DNA from: a virus
Lineage: Duplodnaviria; Caudoviricetes
Virus record (IMG/VR): IMGVR_UViG_3300025724_000001
Location: 40,721 to 104,720 of that record
Length of the DNA: 64,000 nt
Reading direction: 5' to 3' (one strand)
Below are positions 42,065-51,249 of this stretch, piece by piece (the first letter of the stretch is position 1; each line of letters opens with the position of its first letter). The notes under the pieces are model-generated. The model was not told where the DNA came from. It did not search any database and saw only the letters and a list, made by a program, of their open reading frames with translations. The position numbers were made by a program, and so were the translations under genes.

Positions 42065-42871
42065 ATGAAAAAAACAAGAATCATCAATACAAATGAATTA
42101 CAAAATTATTTAAAGGATTTAAAGAAAATACCGGTAATAACACATGAAAGACAAGATGAAATATTTAAAAAATTAAAAGATAAAAATATCACAAAACAAG
42201 AAAAAGAAAAATTACATAATGAGTTAGTTGTTGGAAATTTACGATTTGTTGTTTCGGTAGCAAAACAATACCAAAACCAGGGTATGGATTTTTTAGATCT
42301 TATTTCTGAGGGAAATATGGGACTGTTAAAGGCTGTAGATAGATTTGATCCGTCAAGTGGTTTAAAATTTATATCATATGCTGTGTGGTGGGTGAAACAA
42401 TCAATTATGGCATCATTGAACGAGAACTCAAGAACAATTCGAATACCTTCTAATTTAATACAAGACGCCCAAAAATCAAAACAAGATGAATTTGACGATT
42501 ATTATGGTTATCCAAATAGTTGTGTTAATGAAATAACATATTGTTTACCTTTTTGTGTTGCTTTAAGTACTGAAATAAATGAGGATGGTGACGAATTAAT
42601 TGATATTATACGTGATCCCAATGAACAAAATCCGGAAAATATTTTTCAATCTGCAGATGAAATTAGAAAAAGAGTGTCAGCAATATTAAGTGTGTTAGAT
42701 GATAGAGAAAAAATAATTATTGAAAAATATTTTGGATTAAATGGTGTTGAGTCAAATCTTGATGATCTTGGTGAGGAATTTCATTGTACAAAAGAACGAA
42801 TTCGTCAGTTGAAAGACAAAGCAATTAAGAAATTACGTAATGAGAGTTATTCATTATTGAAATATCTGTAA
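42065..42871 (+). CDS. Sigma70-family RNA polymerase sigma factor
   Basis: NLRFVVSVAKQYQNQG...DLISEGNMGL...FISYAVWWVKQSI region 2; TKERIRQ region 4. Confidence 0.92.
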   Translation: MKKTRIINTNELQNYLKDLKKIPVITHERQDEIFKKLKDKNITKQEKEKLHNELVVGNLRFVVSVAKQYQNQGMDFLDLISEGNMGLLKAVDRFDPSSGLKFISYAVWWVKQSIMASLNENSRTIRIPSNLIQDAQKSKQDEFDDYYGYPNSCVNEITYCLPFCVALSTEINEDGDELIDIIRDPNEQNPENIFQSADEIRKRVSAILSVLDDREKIIIEKYFGLNGVESNLDDLGEEFHCTKERIRQLKDKAIKKLRNESYSLLKYL

Positions 42872-42873
42872 AA

Positions 42874-43737
42874 ATGAATAAATTAAAGGAATTATGGAAT
42901 AAAATTATTAGTTTTTTGTCTCCATATTTGAAAATTTATGGGGTATTTAAATTTTTAACAAGCAAAACATTTTTAATTTTAATAGTTCTTGTTATTACTG
43001 TTTTATTAACTAGATCTTGTGTTAATAATAGGGAAATTCGGAGAATAAATGATATTCAAATACAGAATATCTTAGCTTTACTTGATACGATACATGTTGA
43101 AAAAAATAAAAATAAAGAGCAACAATTTGTGATTGCTAGTTATGTTACAGATGTTAATAATCTTGAAATTCTTAATAAAGAACTTTATAATGAGGTGATT
43201 GCACAACGTGGTGAAGTAATATCATTAAATAAGGTGATATATCGTTTAGAACAAGAGGCTGATTATTTTAAAAAACAAATAAATCATATGGAATCGATTA
43301 TAAGTCAGCCAGTACAAATAAACGATACCACATATAGAATAACATGGGAGAAGAGGTACGATTGGGATAAATTGAATTATGATATATATAGAGGTGAAAC
43401 AATTGTTGGATTGGGTAAGTTTGGGTTGAGACATTATGATAGTGATATAACATATAGAATATCTCAAGTTGATTTAATGTTTGGGCAAGTAGTAGAAAAT
43501 GGTCAATTAAGGATTTTTGTGAAAACAAATTACCCAGGATTTACACCACAATCGTTACAAGGTGTGTTGATTGATCCAAATACTAATTCATATATAAAGA
43601 GTTTGATTAAGAAGAAAAAATGGTTACCTAATACATTATCTATTGGTGTTGGACCATCATTTGGTTATGATATTTTATCAACTAAGATATATTTAGGTAT
43701 AGGGGTAAATGTAAATTATAATCTCCTACAATGGTAA
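42874..43737 (+). CDS. Membrane-anchored coiled-coil protein, putative spanin
   Basis: N-terminal TM ending LLTRSC, coiled coil, C-terminal amphipathic beta-strands ending YNLLQW. Confidence 0.5.
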   Translation: MNKLKELWNKIISFLSPYLKIYGVFKFLTSKTFLILIVLVITVLLTRSCVNNREIRRINDIQIQNILALLDTIHVEKNKNKEQQFVIASYVTDVNNLEILNKELYNEVIAQRGEVISLNKVIYRLEQEADYFKKQINHMESIISQPVQINDTTYRITWEKRYDWDKLNYDIYRGETIVGLGKFGLRHYDSDITYRISQVDLMFGQVVENGQLRIFVKTNYPGFTPQSLQGVLIDPNTNSYIKSLIKKKKWLPNTLSIGVGPSFGYDILSTKIYLGIGVNVNYNLLQW

Positions 43738-43749
43738 AATTTAAAAATT

Positions 43750-44103
43750 ATGGAACGAACACCACAACAATTTTTTTCTAAGAATATGAAATGGTTTACT
43801 CTTGTGTTTTTTATCCTTTTTCTGTTCAAATCAGTTCAAAGTTGTAATCGGAATATGGGTAATAGAATTATAGAAAAACAATATAAACATACTATTGACT
43901 CTTTGACAAAAAAATACGATATTTTTGAAAAGGAAACAACAACAATTATTAGACAGCTTGAATTTGAGTTAAAACTTGAAAAAGAAAAGGCTGGTGAGGC
44001 TAATAGACGCGCGGAAGCTGTCCAGTCTGTTGCTGAAAAAATAAGGGCAAATACGACAGTAAATGTTCGCGGTGCCGAAGTTGATACTACAAAAAGAAAA
44101 TGA
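43750..44103 (+). CDS. Putative lipoprotein/membrane-anchored coiled-coil protein (lysis cassette)
   Basis: Hydrophobic stretch ending VQSC, then coiled coil. Confidence 0.5.
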   Translation: MERTPQQFFSKNMKWFTLVFFILFLFKSVQSCNRNMGNRIIEKQYKHTIDSLTKKYDIFEKETTTIIRQLEFELKLEKEKAGEANRRAEAVQSVAEKIRANTTVNVRGAEVDTTKRK

Positions 44104-45101
44104 AATTATTTAAAAAAAATTACGATAGAGAGGATTTATTACACCTTGGACTTATAGTGACATTTGCCATTTTGTATGTGGCAACAGCATTTGTTTCATT
44201 TTATCATGCAATAACATTTTTTCACATTGCAAATGCTATTTGGTTGTCAATAATATTGAGTTTTGTTGCCGAAATTGGTCAGGCTTCTGTATTATTTAGT
44301 ATACTTCTTACAGATAACCGGAATAAATTTCTACCTTGGGTTATAATGATAATTCTAACATCATTACAAGTTATTGGTAATGTTGTTAGTTCTTTTGATT
44401 GGATTGTAACACATAACGATGCTGGTCTAGAAAATTTTAAAAGATCCATTTTATTTGCAGTACAAACTGATGACCCTGAAATGTTCAGAATAATTGTTGC
44501 ATGGATTTCAGGTGCTCTTCTTCCTGTTATAGCATTATCAATGACGGCACTTGTTGCCCAGAATATAGATTTACGAGCTAAAAAAAGAAAGGAACTTGAA
44601 AGTAAAACATCACCAATAAATGATGTTAATAATCTAGATGACACTGAACCCATACCGGCAAGTGTTATTGTAGGTGAGGTGTCGAAAATCCGTCCAACAG
44701 AGGAAGAACTCGAAAAAATGGAAAAATTTTTAAGTAAGAAAAGTCCGATTGAAAAACCACCAGTTGAAGAAAATGAAAAAACAAAAGACAAACCAGTTGT
44801 GGTGTCGGATGTACCTTTTGATGAATCAAATTTTAATTCTGATATAATTAATGAAGAAATTGAAGAAGATTTCGGTCCTGTTGATTTAACAAATGAAAAA
44901 CCGGATGATGTTCCAACGATAGAATTAGAGAAAGTTGTAACGCCAACAGCACAAGAAGTTATAGAATCAACAATTTCTAAAGAACAGGAATCTCCACCAC
45001 TTATTGAGGAAAAACCACAACCATTACCAACAAATCCAATAACACAAGAACAACTTGATAGAATTAGACAAATTGCTAGAGAGAATTTAAAAAAAAAATA
45101 A
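44100..45101 (+). CDS. Four-TM membrane protein with long acidic disordered tail (holin-like by context)
   Basis: Four hydrophobic segments in the first ~155 aa; E/P/D-rich tail; ends on an A10 run (see frameshift finding). Confidence 0.65.
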   Translation: MKLFKKNYDREDLLHLGLIVTFAILYVATAFVSFYHAITFFHIANAIWLSIILSFVAEIGQASVLFSILLTDNRNKFLPWVIMIILTSLQVIGNVVSSFDWIVTHNDAGLENFKRSILFAVQTDDPEMFRIIVAWISGALLPVIALSMTALVAQNIDLRAKKRKELESKTSPINDVNNLDDTEPIPASVIVGEVSKIRPTEEELEKMEKFLSKKSPIEKPPVEENEKTKDKPVVVSDVPFDESNFNSDIINEEIEEDFGPVDLTNEKPDDVPTIELEKVVTPTAQEVIESTISKEQESPPLIEEKPQPLPTNPITQEQLDRIRQIARENLKKK

Positions 45102-45257
45102 CAGAGGTAGAAGAGGAGATAGAAGAAACGTTTACATCTGGTGATATCCTAACAGATAACATTCCCGAACCAACACCGTCGGCTCGGGAATTTTTTATGC
45201 CTACAGAAAAAGAAAATAAAAAAATAACATATAATTCAGTAAAAAGTTTTTTGAGAG

Positions 45258-45878
45258 ATGTTGCAAGTTCAAAGCGTAGAAGACCTAGAGGGAGTTAAAT
45301 TAAATGTTAGTAAGAGAAAAACTAAAAAGACTCAAATTTTTTTATATGACACACAAAGAAGATTTGATGATTTTATTATGAAATTAAGGTATAGAAATAA
45401 TGAAAAATATGAAGAAATACCACATTTTATAATAAGTAAGTCAGGTGATATTTTTAAGGTATTTGATACTGATTATAGTTCAAAAACGTTTGGTGTGAAG
45501 AATATTGATAATAGACAAGTAAAGATTGCGTTGGAAAATTTGGGTTGGTTAATTAAAAATACGATTACCGGTGCGTTATATAATTGGATAGGTGATCCAT
45601 ATAGGTCTGAGCCATATGTAAAAAGATGGAGAAATTATTATTTCTGGGATCCATATTCTGAAGAGCAAATGAATGCATTGGTTAAAATAACAAAAGAAAT
45701 TTGTAAAAAACATAATATACCATATCAAACAGTACCATCACAAGGATATTTATCTAATGTAAGAAAGTTTGATGGAATTGTATGTAAATCAAATTTTCTA
45801 AGTATTTATACAGATATAAACCCTTCTTTTAATTTTAATATATTTTATAAAAATGACACAGAAACAACCGATAAATGA
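45258..45878 (+). CDS. Amidase_2/PGRP-fold protein, apparently lacking Zn-binding histidines
   Basis: IPHFIISKSGDI, IALENLG, YSEEQMNALVKI..EICKKHNIP, TDINP. Confidence 0.7.
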   Translation: MLQVQSVEDLEGVKLNVSKRKTKKTQIFLYDTQRRFDDFIMKLRYRNNEKYEEIPHFIISKSGDIFKVFDTDYSSKTFGVKNIDNRQVKIALENLGWLIKNTITGALYNWIGDPYRSEPYVKRWRNYYFWDPYSEEQMNALVKITKEICKKHNIPYQTVPSQGYLSNVRKFDGIVCKSNFLSIYTDINPSFNFNIFYKNDTETTDK

Positions 45879-46437
45879 GTATGATTTAACAAAAAAAATG
45901 TTAAATACAATACGAGAAATACAGGCTAGTGTGGATTCAAATAAATTTGTGTTACTTAGAGAACAAGTAACCAATGATAAGGAAACTGTTATAAGAAAGG
46001 GTGATGGTATTCCACCACCACCAATAGATAATGATAATATGGACTATGAAAGTGGTGAAGAACAAGAAGATATTGCTGTTATTAATGATGTAGAAGTTGT
46101 GATTCATTCAGAAGATCCAGAAGATTTAGAATTAAAAGATGATGAAAAAAACAATATATCACAATTAATAGATGAATTTAGAACTGAAGTTTCGGAAATT
46201 GTTGAATTTGATAAATTGCACATATATGAGGATAATGCAAAATTAGAGGGGAAAATTAGTGATGTAAATTTAGGGTTTACATTATCAACGGGCAATGATA
46301 CCGGAATATATCTTTCAAATACATCTATGATGAAAATTGATGAAGATACTATGGATATGATTAATAAATTAAAAACATTCCATCCGAAATTTATTAATAC
46401 AATTAATAATTTGTTAGTACATAGAAAATCAACATAA
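45853..46437 (+). CDS. Acidic hypothetical protein, putative head-packaged protein
   Basis: INE/IRE/LLRE motifs in the N-terminal part; TATTTAT upstream. Confidence 0.5.
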   Translation: MTQKQPINEYDLTKKMLNTIREIQASVDSNKFVLLREQVTNDKETVIRKGDGIPPPPIDNDNMDYESGEEQEDIAVINDVEVVIHSEDPEDLELKDDEKNNISQLIDEFRTEVSEIVEFDKLHIYEDNAKLEGKISDVNLGFTLSTGNDTGIYLSNTSMMKIDEDTMDMINKLKTFHPKFINTINNLLVHRKST

Positions 46438-46438
46438 C

Positions 46439-46678
46439 ATGGCATTAACAAGTAGTGATAAAAGTCAAATTGAAACGATTGCTAGAAAAGAAATAAAATC
46501 GTTTATGGATAGTACTCAGGCACATAATATTGTGATGAGAATAATACAGAAAGAGCTTGGTGGGAGAAGAATAGACGAAAGAATGGTTGATTTGGCAACT
46601 AAAGTCGTTGTTGAATTGTTTAAAACATTCTGGCAAAGAAAATCATTTTGGGAGGGTGCAATAAAAAACGTAAGATAA
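46439..46678 (+). CDS. Hypothetical protein
   Basis: 79-aa ORF tightly packed in operon. Confidence 0.6.
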   Translation: MALTSSDKSQIETIARKEIKSFMDSTQAHNIVMRIIQKELGGRRIDERMVDLATKVVVELFKTFWQRKSFWEGAIKNVR

Positions 46679-46679
46679 T

Positions 46680-47675
46680 ATGGAAATGGATAAAACAAAT
46701 AAAATACGTGGCGGAAAAGCCGATGGAATGAGTGTAGAAGATATAGCAAGAAAACACAATGTTTTTGTGGGTACAATAAAAAAACAGATAGAAATGGGTA
46801 TTAAAATTGAAAAAGAACATACCCATGACGAGAAGAAAGCGAGGGAAATAGCTATGGATCATTTGACCGAATTACCAGATTATTACACTCGATTAAATAA
46901 AATGGAAAAATCTGGTGAAAAATCGTTGAAGAAAAAAGACACAAAAGAACAGATGGATGCTAGTGCGTCTGGTTCATATGAAGCACCGCTTAGTAATCCT
47001 ATTACCAGACCAATAAGTAGAGTTCATGAAATGACGAAAAAAGAATTTACTGAACAAATGGGTAGTGGTATTTCTGCTGGTGCTATGTACGATGGTCCTA
47101 TAGGGACTGCTGGACCATCAAGTCCAATGGATAAAACAAAGAAAAGAAGAAAAGATCCGTTAAAGATTGATAATGCCGAGTCCACAATGGGTGGAGCAAG
47201 TATAACTGGTGCTTCAACAAAAGATATGATTGCCACAAAAAAGGGTTTTCCAAGATTTGGGGGGCCAGGTGCCAAATTTGTTGAAATCGATAATAAATGT
47301 AAAACATTCCCATATTGTGATCAAGGTGCTAGTTCAGATCGGGCATTTAAAGGAAGACCAAATCCAATTAAATTAAAAGAAATAAGAGAATTACAAAAAT
47401 CAATACAAGAAGTATCACAGGAATATCAAATCCCTGCTGAGATTGTTGCTGAAATGGTGGTAAATCAAATACTATCTGAAGGTGTACCATCACATATGTT
47501 TGATAAATCCAATTTGGATGCTCTTGCTACTTGGGGTGCACCAAAAAAAGTACGGAAGTACAGAATAACAGTACCTGATGGTTTTGATATTGTTGTTCCA
47601 GATAATGATTTATTTTCGGCCGTAAAGTTATTTTTCTATAAAAATGATATTAAATTTGATACGGAAGAAATTTAG
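46680..47675 (+). CDS. DUF5661-like domain protein, putative head-packaged protein
   Basis: QIEMGIKIEKEHT...AREIAMDHLTELPDYYTRL motif; repeated EQM...G.(M)Y..P segments. Confidence 0.6.
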   Translation: MEMDKTNKIRGGKADGMSVEDIARKHNVFVGTIKKQIEMGIKIEKEHTHDEKKAREIAMDHLTELPDYYTRLNKMEKSGEKSLKKKDTKEQMDASASGSYEAPLSNPITRPISRVHEMTKKEFTEQMGSGISAGAMYDGPIGTAGPSSPMDKTKKRRKDPLKIDNAESTMGGASITGASTKDMIATKKGFPRFGGPGAKFVEIDNKCKTFPYCDQGASSDRAFKGRPNPIKLKEIRELQKSIQEVSQEYQIPAEIVAEMVVNQILSEGVPSHMFDKSNLDALATWGAPKKVRKYRITVPDGFDIVVPDNDLFSAVKLFFYKNDIKFDTEEI

Positions 47676-47690
47676 TGATATTTATTAGAT

Positions 47691-48848
47691 ATGAATATAA
47701 GAGATTTAAATAAATTAACGTCAGAAATCTTAGAACAAGAGGCTAAGAAATTAATTATGGAACAGTTGTATGGTAAACAATCAACGGAAAATGATGATAC
47801 TGAAACAGATGTCAAAAAATTCCAAACATTATCTGGATTAATTGATCGAATATCAAGTATTGAGAATATTGGGGATGTAGATTTTGGTGTAGTGATTAAT
47901 ATCGAGGGGATTACCGAAGAAGATTTGATTAACAATTGTGGTGGTTCATCATTTGATGAGGCACAACAAAATCTAATGCAGGGATTACATCATGATTTGG
48001 AGGAAAATGGTGTTGGAAATAGTTTTGATATTGATATTGAATCAGATGGTGATGAAAACACATTAAATTTAAAAATAAAAATAACAACCAATAATGATGA
48101 GTTATCTGGTAGTGATGAAATGAAAGAAAATACTATGGATACTAACCCAACGATTGACAAGAAAAAAAATATCATTCTAGGTGGTGATGTTAATGAAAAT
48201 ACCAAAAAAAGGATATTGAGACTTAATGAGAATGAAATGAAACAGTTAATAAGGCGTATAATTAAAGAGGCGTCAGAACCGACAATGGACGCAACAACAG
48301 AGAAAGCGATTACTGATAGTAGTAAATTAAATAGTGATTATCTGGCGGATGTTGAGAAAAAAATAAAAAAATATTTATCATTTACGGGTAATGATAATCC
48401 AAAATTTCCAAACCAGGTTGGTCAAGGAGAAGATAAAGTTGCACGAGTAGCAACAGATGAAGAAGAGGATATGATTGATCTTAATAGAGGTCGAGGGTCA
48501 CAGGATTTGGATTACGATACTGATTCTGTTGGTGAGAATGGTGAACCACCAGAACCATTTAAAGAAAGAATACGAAAAGCGTTAGAGGGTGATTCAACAA
48601 TGGGTAATGATCCAGATGCTGGTAATGCAATTAAAACTGATACTGGTGAAAAAATGTGGAAAAACAGAGAAAAAAGATTAAAAGCCAGGAAAGAAGAACC
48701 ACTTTATCCGAAAGAAGCAGTTCCGGTTGAAGTTAAAGACAAGGATGATGGTGTTGTACCTAAAAGAACTGTTAATGAAAATAAAATTATTAAGGAAGAA
48801 ATTAAAAGAATGAAAGTGTTGTCTTCTTATAACAAGAGGACACAATAA
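47691..48848 (+). CDS. Acidic putative head-packaged protein
   Basis: RLNENEMKQLIRRIIKE and IIKEEIKRMKVL motifs; TATTTAT 5 nt before ATG. Confidence 0.55.
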   Translation: MNIRDLNKLTSEILEQEAKKLIMEQLYGKQSTENDDTETDVKKFQTLSGLIDRISSIENIGDVDFGVVINIEGITEEDLINNCGGSSFDEAQQNLMQGLHHDLEENGVGNSFDIDIESDGDENTLNLKIKITTNNDELSGSDEMKENTMDTNPTIDKKKNIILGGDVNENTKKRILRLNENEMKQLIRRIIKEASEPTMDATTEKAITDSSKLNSDYLADVEKKIKKYLSFTGNDNPKFPNQVGQGEDKVARVATDEEEDMIDLNRGRGSQDLDYDTDSVGENGEPPEPFKERIRKALEGDSTMGNDPDAGNAIKTDTGEKMWKNREKRLKARKEEPLYPKEAVPVEVKDKDDGVVPKRTVNENKIIKEEIKRMKVLSSYNKRTQ

Positions 48849-48886
48849 CCTTTTTTTTATGGAATTTTATCCATATATTTAATTAT

Positions 48887-49333
48887 ATGGGTAAGAGGAC
48901 TGACATACTTGAAAAATATCAAGACCAAACTGAAATTTGGTATAAAACTCACAATATAATAAGAGAACGTTCTGAATTATATTGTGATTTTTTTTCTTCT
49001 TTATTATTATTGATTGATGAAACATATCTAGGGCCTGATATATTAAAATTAGAAAGTGATATATTAAATCATTTTAATTGGTGTTTTAATAAAGTTATAT
49101 CTAATTTTGAAAAAGAACGAATTTATTTTGTGTCAAAAGGCTCTCATCATGAATATCTTTGGGATTTGTTTAATAAATGGTATTATATGTCTGAAATGGT
49201 TGAGAAGTGTGATATATTGTTAGAATATTTTGATTTGTTATTTAATTTTGGGAAAATTAAGACACCGTCAGAAATTGAAATTTTCACCGATGTTTATAAA
49301 ATAATGGATAAAAACTTGAAAAAGATGAATTAA
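48887..49333 (+). CDS. Hypothetical protein
   Basis: 148-aa ORF. Confidence 0.6.
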   Translation: MGKRTDILEKYQDQTEIWYKTHNIIRERSELYCDFFSSLLLLIDETYLGPDILKLESDILNHFNWCFNKVISNFEKERIYFVSKGSHHEYLWDLFNKWYYMSEMVEKCDILLEYFDLLFNFGKIKTPSEIEIFTDVYKIMDKNLKKMN

Positions 49334-49362
49334 ATATGTATATTTTTTAAAAATAATTTAAT

Positions 49363-49536
49363 GTGGAAAAAATAGCAAAAATTTACGAGTTAATTGTATT
49401 AATGGAAAATGAGGCTGAAAAGGTTTATAATAAAGGTAATCGCAGTGCAGCAACGAGAGCGAGAAAATACGCACAAGAAATAAGGAATTTACTAGGTGAT
49501 TTCCGTAAAGAAATAATTGATGTTGTAAAGAAATAA
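49363..49536 (+). CDS. Histone H1-like (Hc1 family) small protein, absent from the ORF track
   Basis: GTG start, 57 aa: MEKIAKIYELIVLMENEAEKVYNKGNRSAATRARKYAQEIRNLLGDFRKEIIDVVKK. KGN.AA.TRARK motif; stop overlaps the next ATG. Confidence 0.75.
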   Translation: MEKIAKIYELIVLMENEAEKVYNKGNRSAATRARKYAQEIRNLLGDFRKEIIDVVKK

Positions 49537-49721
49537 TGTTAGAGAAAATTTTTTTATATTTTTTTATTTTATCGGGATTGTATGTTTTTGTTTTTGTTGT
49601 AAAATTTTTTATTCTTCTTAAACAAGACAATCCACCACCAATAATAAACACTAAACTAGAAAAGATATTGTTATATTTGTCAATGGCATATATCCTTACT
49701 GGAATAGTAACAATGCTTTGA
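49536..49721 (+). CDS. Small two-TM membrane protein
   Basis: 61 aa with two hydrophobic segments. Confidence 0.6.
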   Translation: MLEKIFLYFFILSGLYVFVFVVKFFILLKQDNPPPIINTKLEKILLYLSMAYILTGIVTML

Positions 49722-50185
49722 TAATGGGAAAAAAAATAATGTTTGACACAATATTTTCTATAAGGCCGTTTTTTTTCTCACTTAGAGAAATAAAAGAGAA
49801 TGTCAGTCTTGATATTAAAATTCCATTAAGTTGGAATATTAATCCTGATGTTAATGGGGTTGATAAAGATGTTTCAATAAAAGTTCAGGATGAAAATGAA
49901 AGGAACAGATTAATTTCAATAATTGGTCTTGCGACAAAAACAGGTTACGATGCTGTGTTTTCGTCTGCAAAACAAATTATCACATATAATCAAGAAATTG
50001 AAGAAAAAAATAGATTATTTAATGAAAAAGTTGAAGAATTAAAAAAATTCTTTTTAGAAGCACCTATTGAAAAATTAAAAGATATTTCATTTACTAACGA
50101 AAAACATGGGGTACGAAATAGAAAGAGCACTAGAGAGGCTAAAGTGGGAAATGAAGAAGGATCAGGATCAAACGAATCAGAATAA
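49718..50185 (+). CDS. Hypothetical protein
   Basis: 155-aa ORF; start may be ATG 49724 or 49739. Confidence 0.6.
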   Translation: MIMGKKIMFDTIFSIRPFFFSLREIKENVSLDIKIPLSWNINPDVNGVDKDVSIKVQDENERNRLISIIGLATKTGYDAVFSSAKQIITYNQEIEEKNRLFNEKVEELKKFFLEAPIEKLKDISFTNEKHGVRNRKSTREAKVGNEEGSGSNESE

Positions 50186-50327
50186 AAAAAAGACGATTGA
50201 AGAAATTAAGTCATACAACAGAACTGAAATTCTTGAGGTAATTAAAAATAGAGATAAGTTATCACACCCACAAAAAAAATCATTTTTTCAAAAACTTTTA
50301 TTAATATTTGGTAATGGCAAAAAGTAA
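50106..50327 (+). CDS. Hypothetical protein
   Basis: 73-aa charged ORF overlapping neighbours. Confidence 0.5.
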   Translation: MGYEIERALERLKWEMKKDQDQTNQNKKKTIEEIKSYNRTEILEVIKNRDKLSHPQKKSFFQKLLLIFGNGKK

Positions 50328-50550
50328 TAATATTTTAAATCAACTAGCAGTTATAGCTGATTTACTTGAAAAGATTGAAATCGATTCGTCAATTATTACT
50401 GTAACGTTTAATCTTAAAAATAAAGATTTCACCAATTTTTTTGCAAAAATTGCACAAAGAAGTGGTATTGCAACAAAAACAACAAATGATGATGTTTTTA
50501 TTTTGAAAATTGGTAAAGTAGATTATCTTTTTAATAGGAATAATGCCTAA
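50308..50550 (+). CDS. Hypothetical protein
   Basis: 80-aa ORF; likely ATG start at 50314. Confidence 0.5.
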   Translation: MVMAKSNNILNQLAVIADLLEKIEIDSSIITVTFNLKNKDFTNFFAKIAQRSGIATKTTNDDVFILKIGKVDYLFNRNNA

Positions 50551-51169
50551 ATAATTCACTTTTTTTAAACCCTCTTTTTTCTAGAAAATCATATAATAAA
50601 CTACGTTGTGTTCTTGTAATATCTCTTACAAAAATAAAATTTCCTTTTTTTCGTTTTATTAAATCTTCTTTAACTATATCAAATAATCTATTTGCATCCG
50701 CAATATTTTTATTACCAAACAATCGAACATCATTTTCAACTTGAAGAAATAATTTGTTATTTAATGTGAATATTTGTGCAATATCAGTAACACGTAAAAT
50801 AATGTCCATCATTTCATGATAATGAATTCTTTTTTTTGTTTCAAAATCATATATTAATTCTTCGTCCCAGTATGGAATTAAGTCTTTTATTCTATATTTT
50901 TCATTATTTATTTGTGCTTCAACATTTCTTCCTAAATCGTCTTTAATATATGTTGGTTTTGACCACGGATTTCTTGGAAATAAAAGACCTAATTCAAAAT
51001 TGAGTTTTCTTTTACGTCCACCGCCTTGTAGTTTAACGAATGGTGGTGGTCTTTGCGTTTTTAATTCTCGCCAATGACTATATATTGTGTTTTTGGTCAT
51101 AGCACTGGCTAATATTCTTTGTTTTTTTTTATTACAAAATAAGACAATTAAATATTTTGGCTGTTTCAT
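50531..51169 (-). CDS. Basic hypothetical protein (only convincing minus-strand gene)
   Basis: Fills a + strand gap. ATG at 51169 (MKQPKY) preferred over the track start at 51187. Confidence 0.65.
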   Translation of the reverse strand: MKQPKYLIVLFCNKKKQRILASAMTKNTIYSHWRELKTQRPPPFVKLQGGGRKRKLNFELGLLFPRNPWSKPTYIKDDLGRNVEAQINNEKYRIKDLIPYWDEELIYDFETKKRIHYHEMMDIILRVTDIAQIFTLNNKLFLQVENDVRLFGNKNIADANRLFDIVKEDLIKRKKGNFIFVRDITRTQRSLLYDFLEKRGFKKSELFRHYSY

Positions 51170-51249
51170 AATATAAAAGATAAACAATTAATTTGTTTTT
51201 TTCCATTATTTTCGTTACATTTTAATTTGTATATTGAATTATTTAAAAT

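Noticed and set aside
45161-45191. Hairpin as the direct stimulator of the -1 frameshift
   Set aside because: About 60 nt downstream of the slippery run, too far for a classical stimulator. It may instead be a weak terminator.
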